Source of the DNA: Octopus bimaculoides
Taxonomy: Eukaryota
Reading direction: 5' to 3'
Length of the DNA: 64,000 nt
Assembly: GCF_001194135.2 (NCBI RefSeq)
Contig: NC_068993.1
Coordinates: 38,931,566-38,995,565 of the forward strand
Part shown: positions 63,376 through 64,000 of the stretch, piece by piece
How positions within the stretch are numbered: the first letter of the stretch is position 1
How the letters are laid out: the number at the start of each line of letters is the position of its first letter
Position numbers and translations under genes: made by a program
Notes under the pieces: generated by a model
Database searches by the model: none
The model's input: only the letters and a program-made list of their open reading frames with translations
Told to the model about the DNA's origin: nothing

Positions 63376-64000
63376 AAAAGCACCCACTACATCCTCAGAG
63401 TGGTTGGTGTTAGGAAGGGCATCCAGTTGTAGAAACCTTGCCAAATAAGATTGGAGCCTGGTGCAGCCTCCTGGCTTGCCAGTTCTCTGTGCCAACCCTA
63501 TCTGTTTCCAAGTGAAGCAATAATCTGCCAGTCTACCAAATAACAAACAGCTTAGGCGTATTTATGTGGAGAACCAAAAACAAAAGACAGTGAAAACAAG
63601 CCTTAAAAAGAAAACAAAAGAGGTGTCTGCTTTCTACCATATTTTCTCACTTTAGAAAGAAATTTATGGATGTCGTTGTCAAAAAAAAAAAAAATGGCAT
63701 CATGAAATTCCAGTAACCAAGTCTTCAGTGATCATATGCCGCCACTAATAAGTTCCCAATTAAAAGCTTTCATGCCATGCCTTGTTATATTTTGATGTTT
63801 ATGAAGTAAATAACAGCATGTAGAATATTGGGTTTAAAAAACCCCATTTAAATGGAAAGAAGTGAAAGGCTACCTTTAGGTCTCAGTTTCAGATCTTTTG
63901 TAAACAAGAGTGATGTTCTAACCCTTATACCAAAGCAACACTGAATTTTCTCCATCCATATTACAAGCTTTGTTTTTACCAGCAAAGAATACATGATGTT

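Overview
AT-rich, repeat-saturated eukaryotic scaffold segment with about a dozen N-gaps. From recalled SINE families it is very probably an Octopus genome (inference). No intact, recognisable protein-coding gene is present; almost all long ORFs in the supplied track are microsatellite or N-gap artefacts. Most of the window is simple repeats plus at least four tRNA-derived SINE families, often in tandem chains, dimers or inverted pairs. Decayed autonomous elements include two Penelope-like elements (33.7-35.5 kb +; 55.8-56.3 kb -), two RLE-type HERO/NeSL-like 3' fragments (37.6 kb, 59.1 kb), two DD34D mariner relics (30 kb, 55 kb), a DD37D maT-like relic (53.7-54.7 kb), a Gypsy-type integrase fossil (3.6-4.2 kb), RTE fragments and a hAT MITE with an 8-bp TSD. 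A few short segments have good splice signals and may be exons of a large minus-strand gene, the best being 18102-18190 with a Kozak ATG. I did not find a clearly novel system. The most interesting signals are degenerate minimal hammerhead-ribozyme motifs at the 3' ends of both Penelope relics, a tRNA-headed SINE with a hammerhead-like tail plus an inverted copy of that tail, a near-perfect 110-nt hairpin at 44.06 kb, and a dimeric SINE that appears to have moved as one unit. SINE boundaries are read by eye and approximate.
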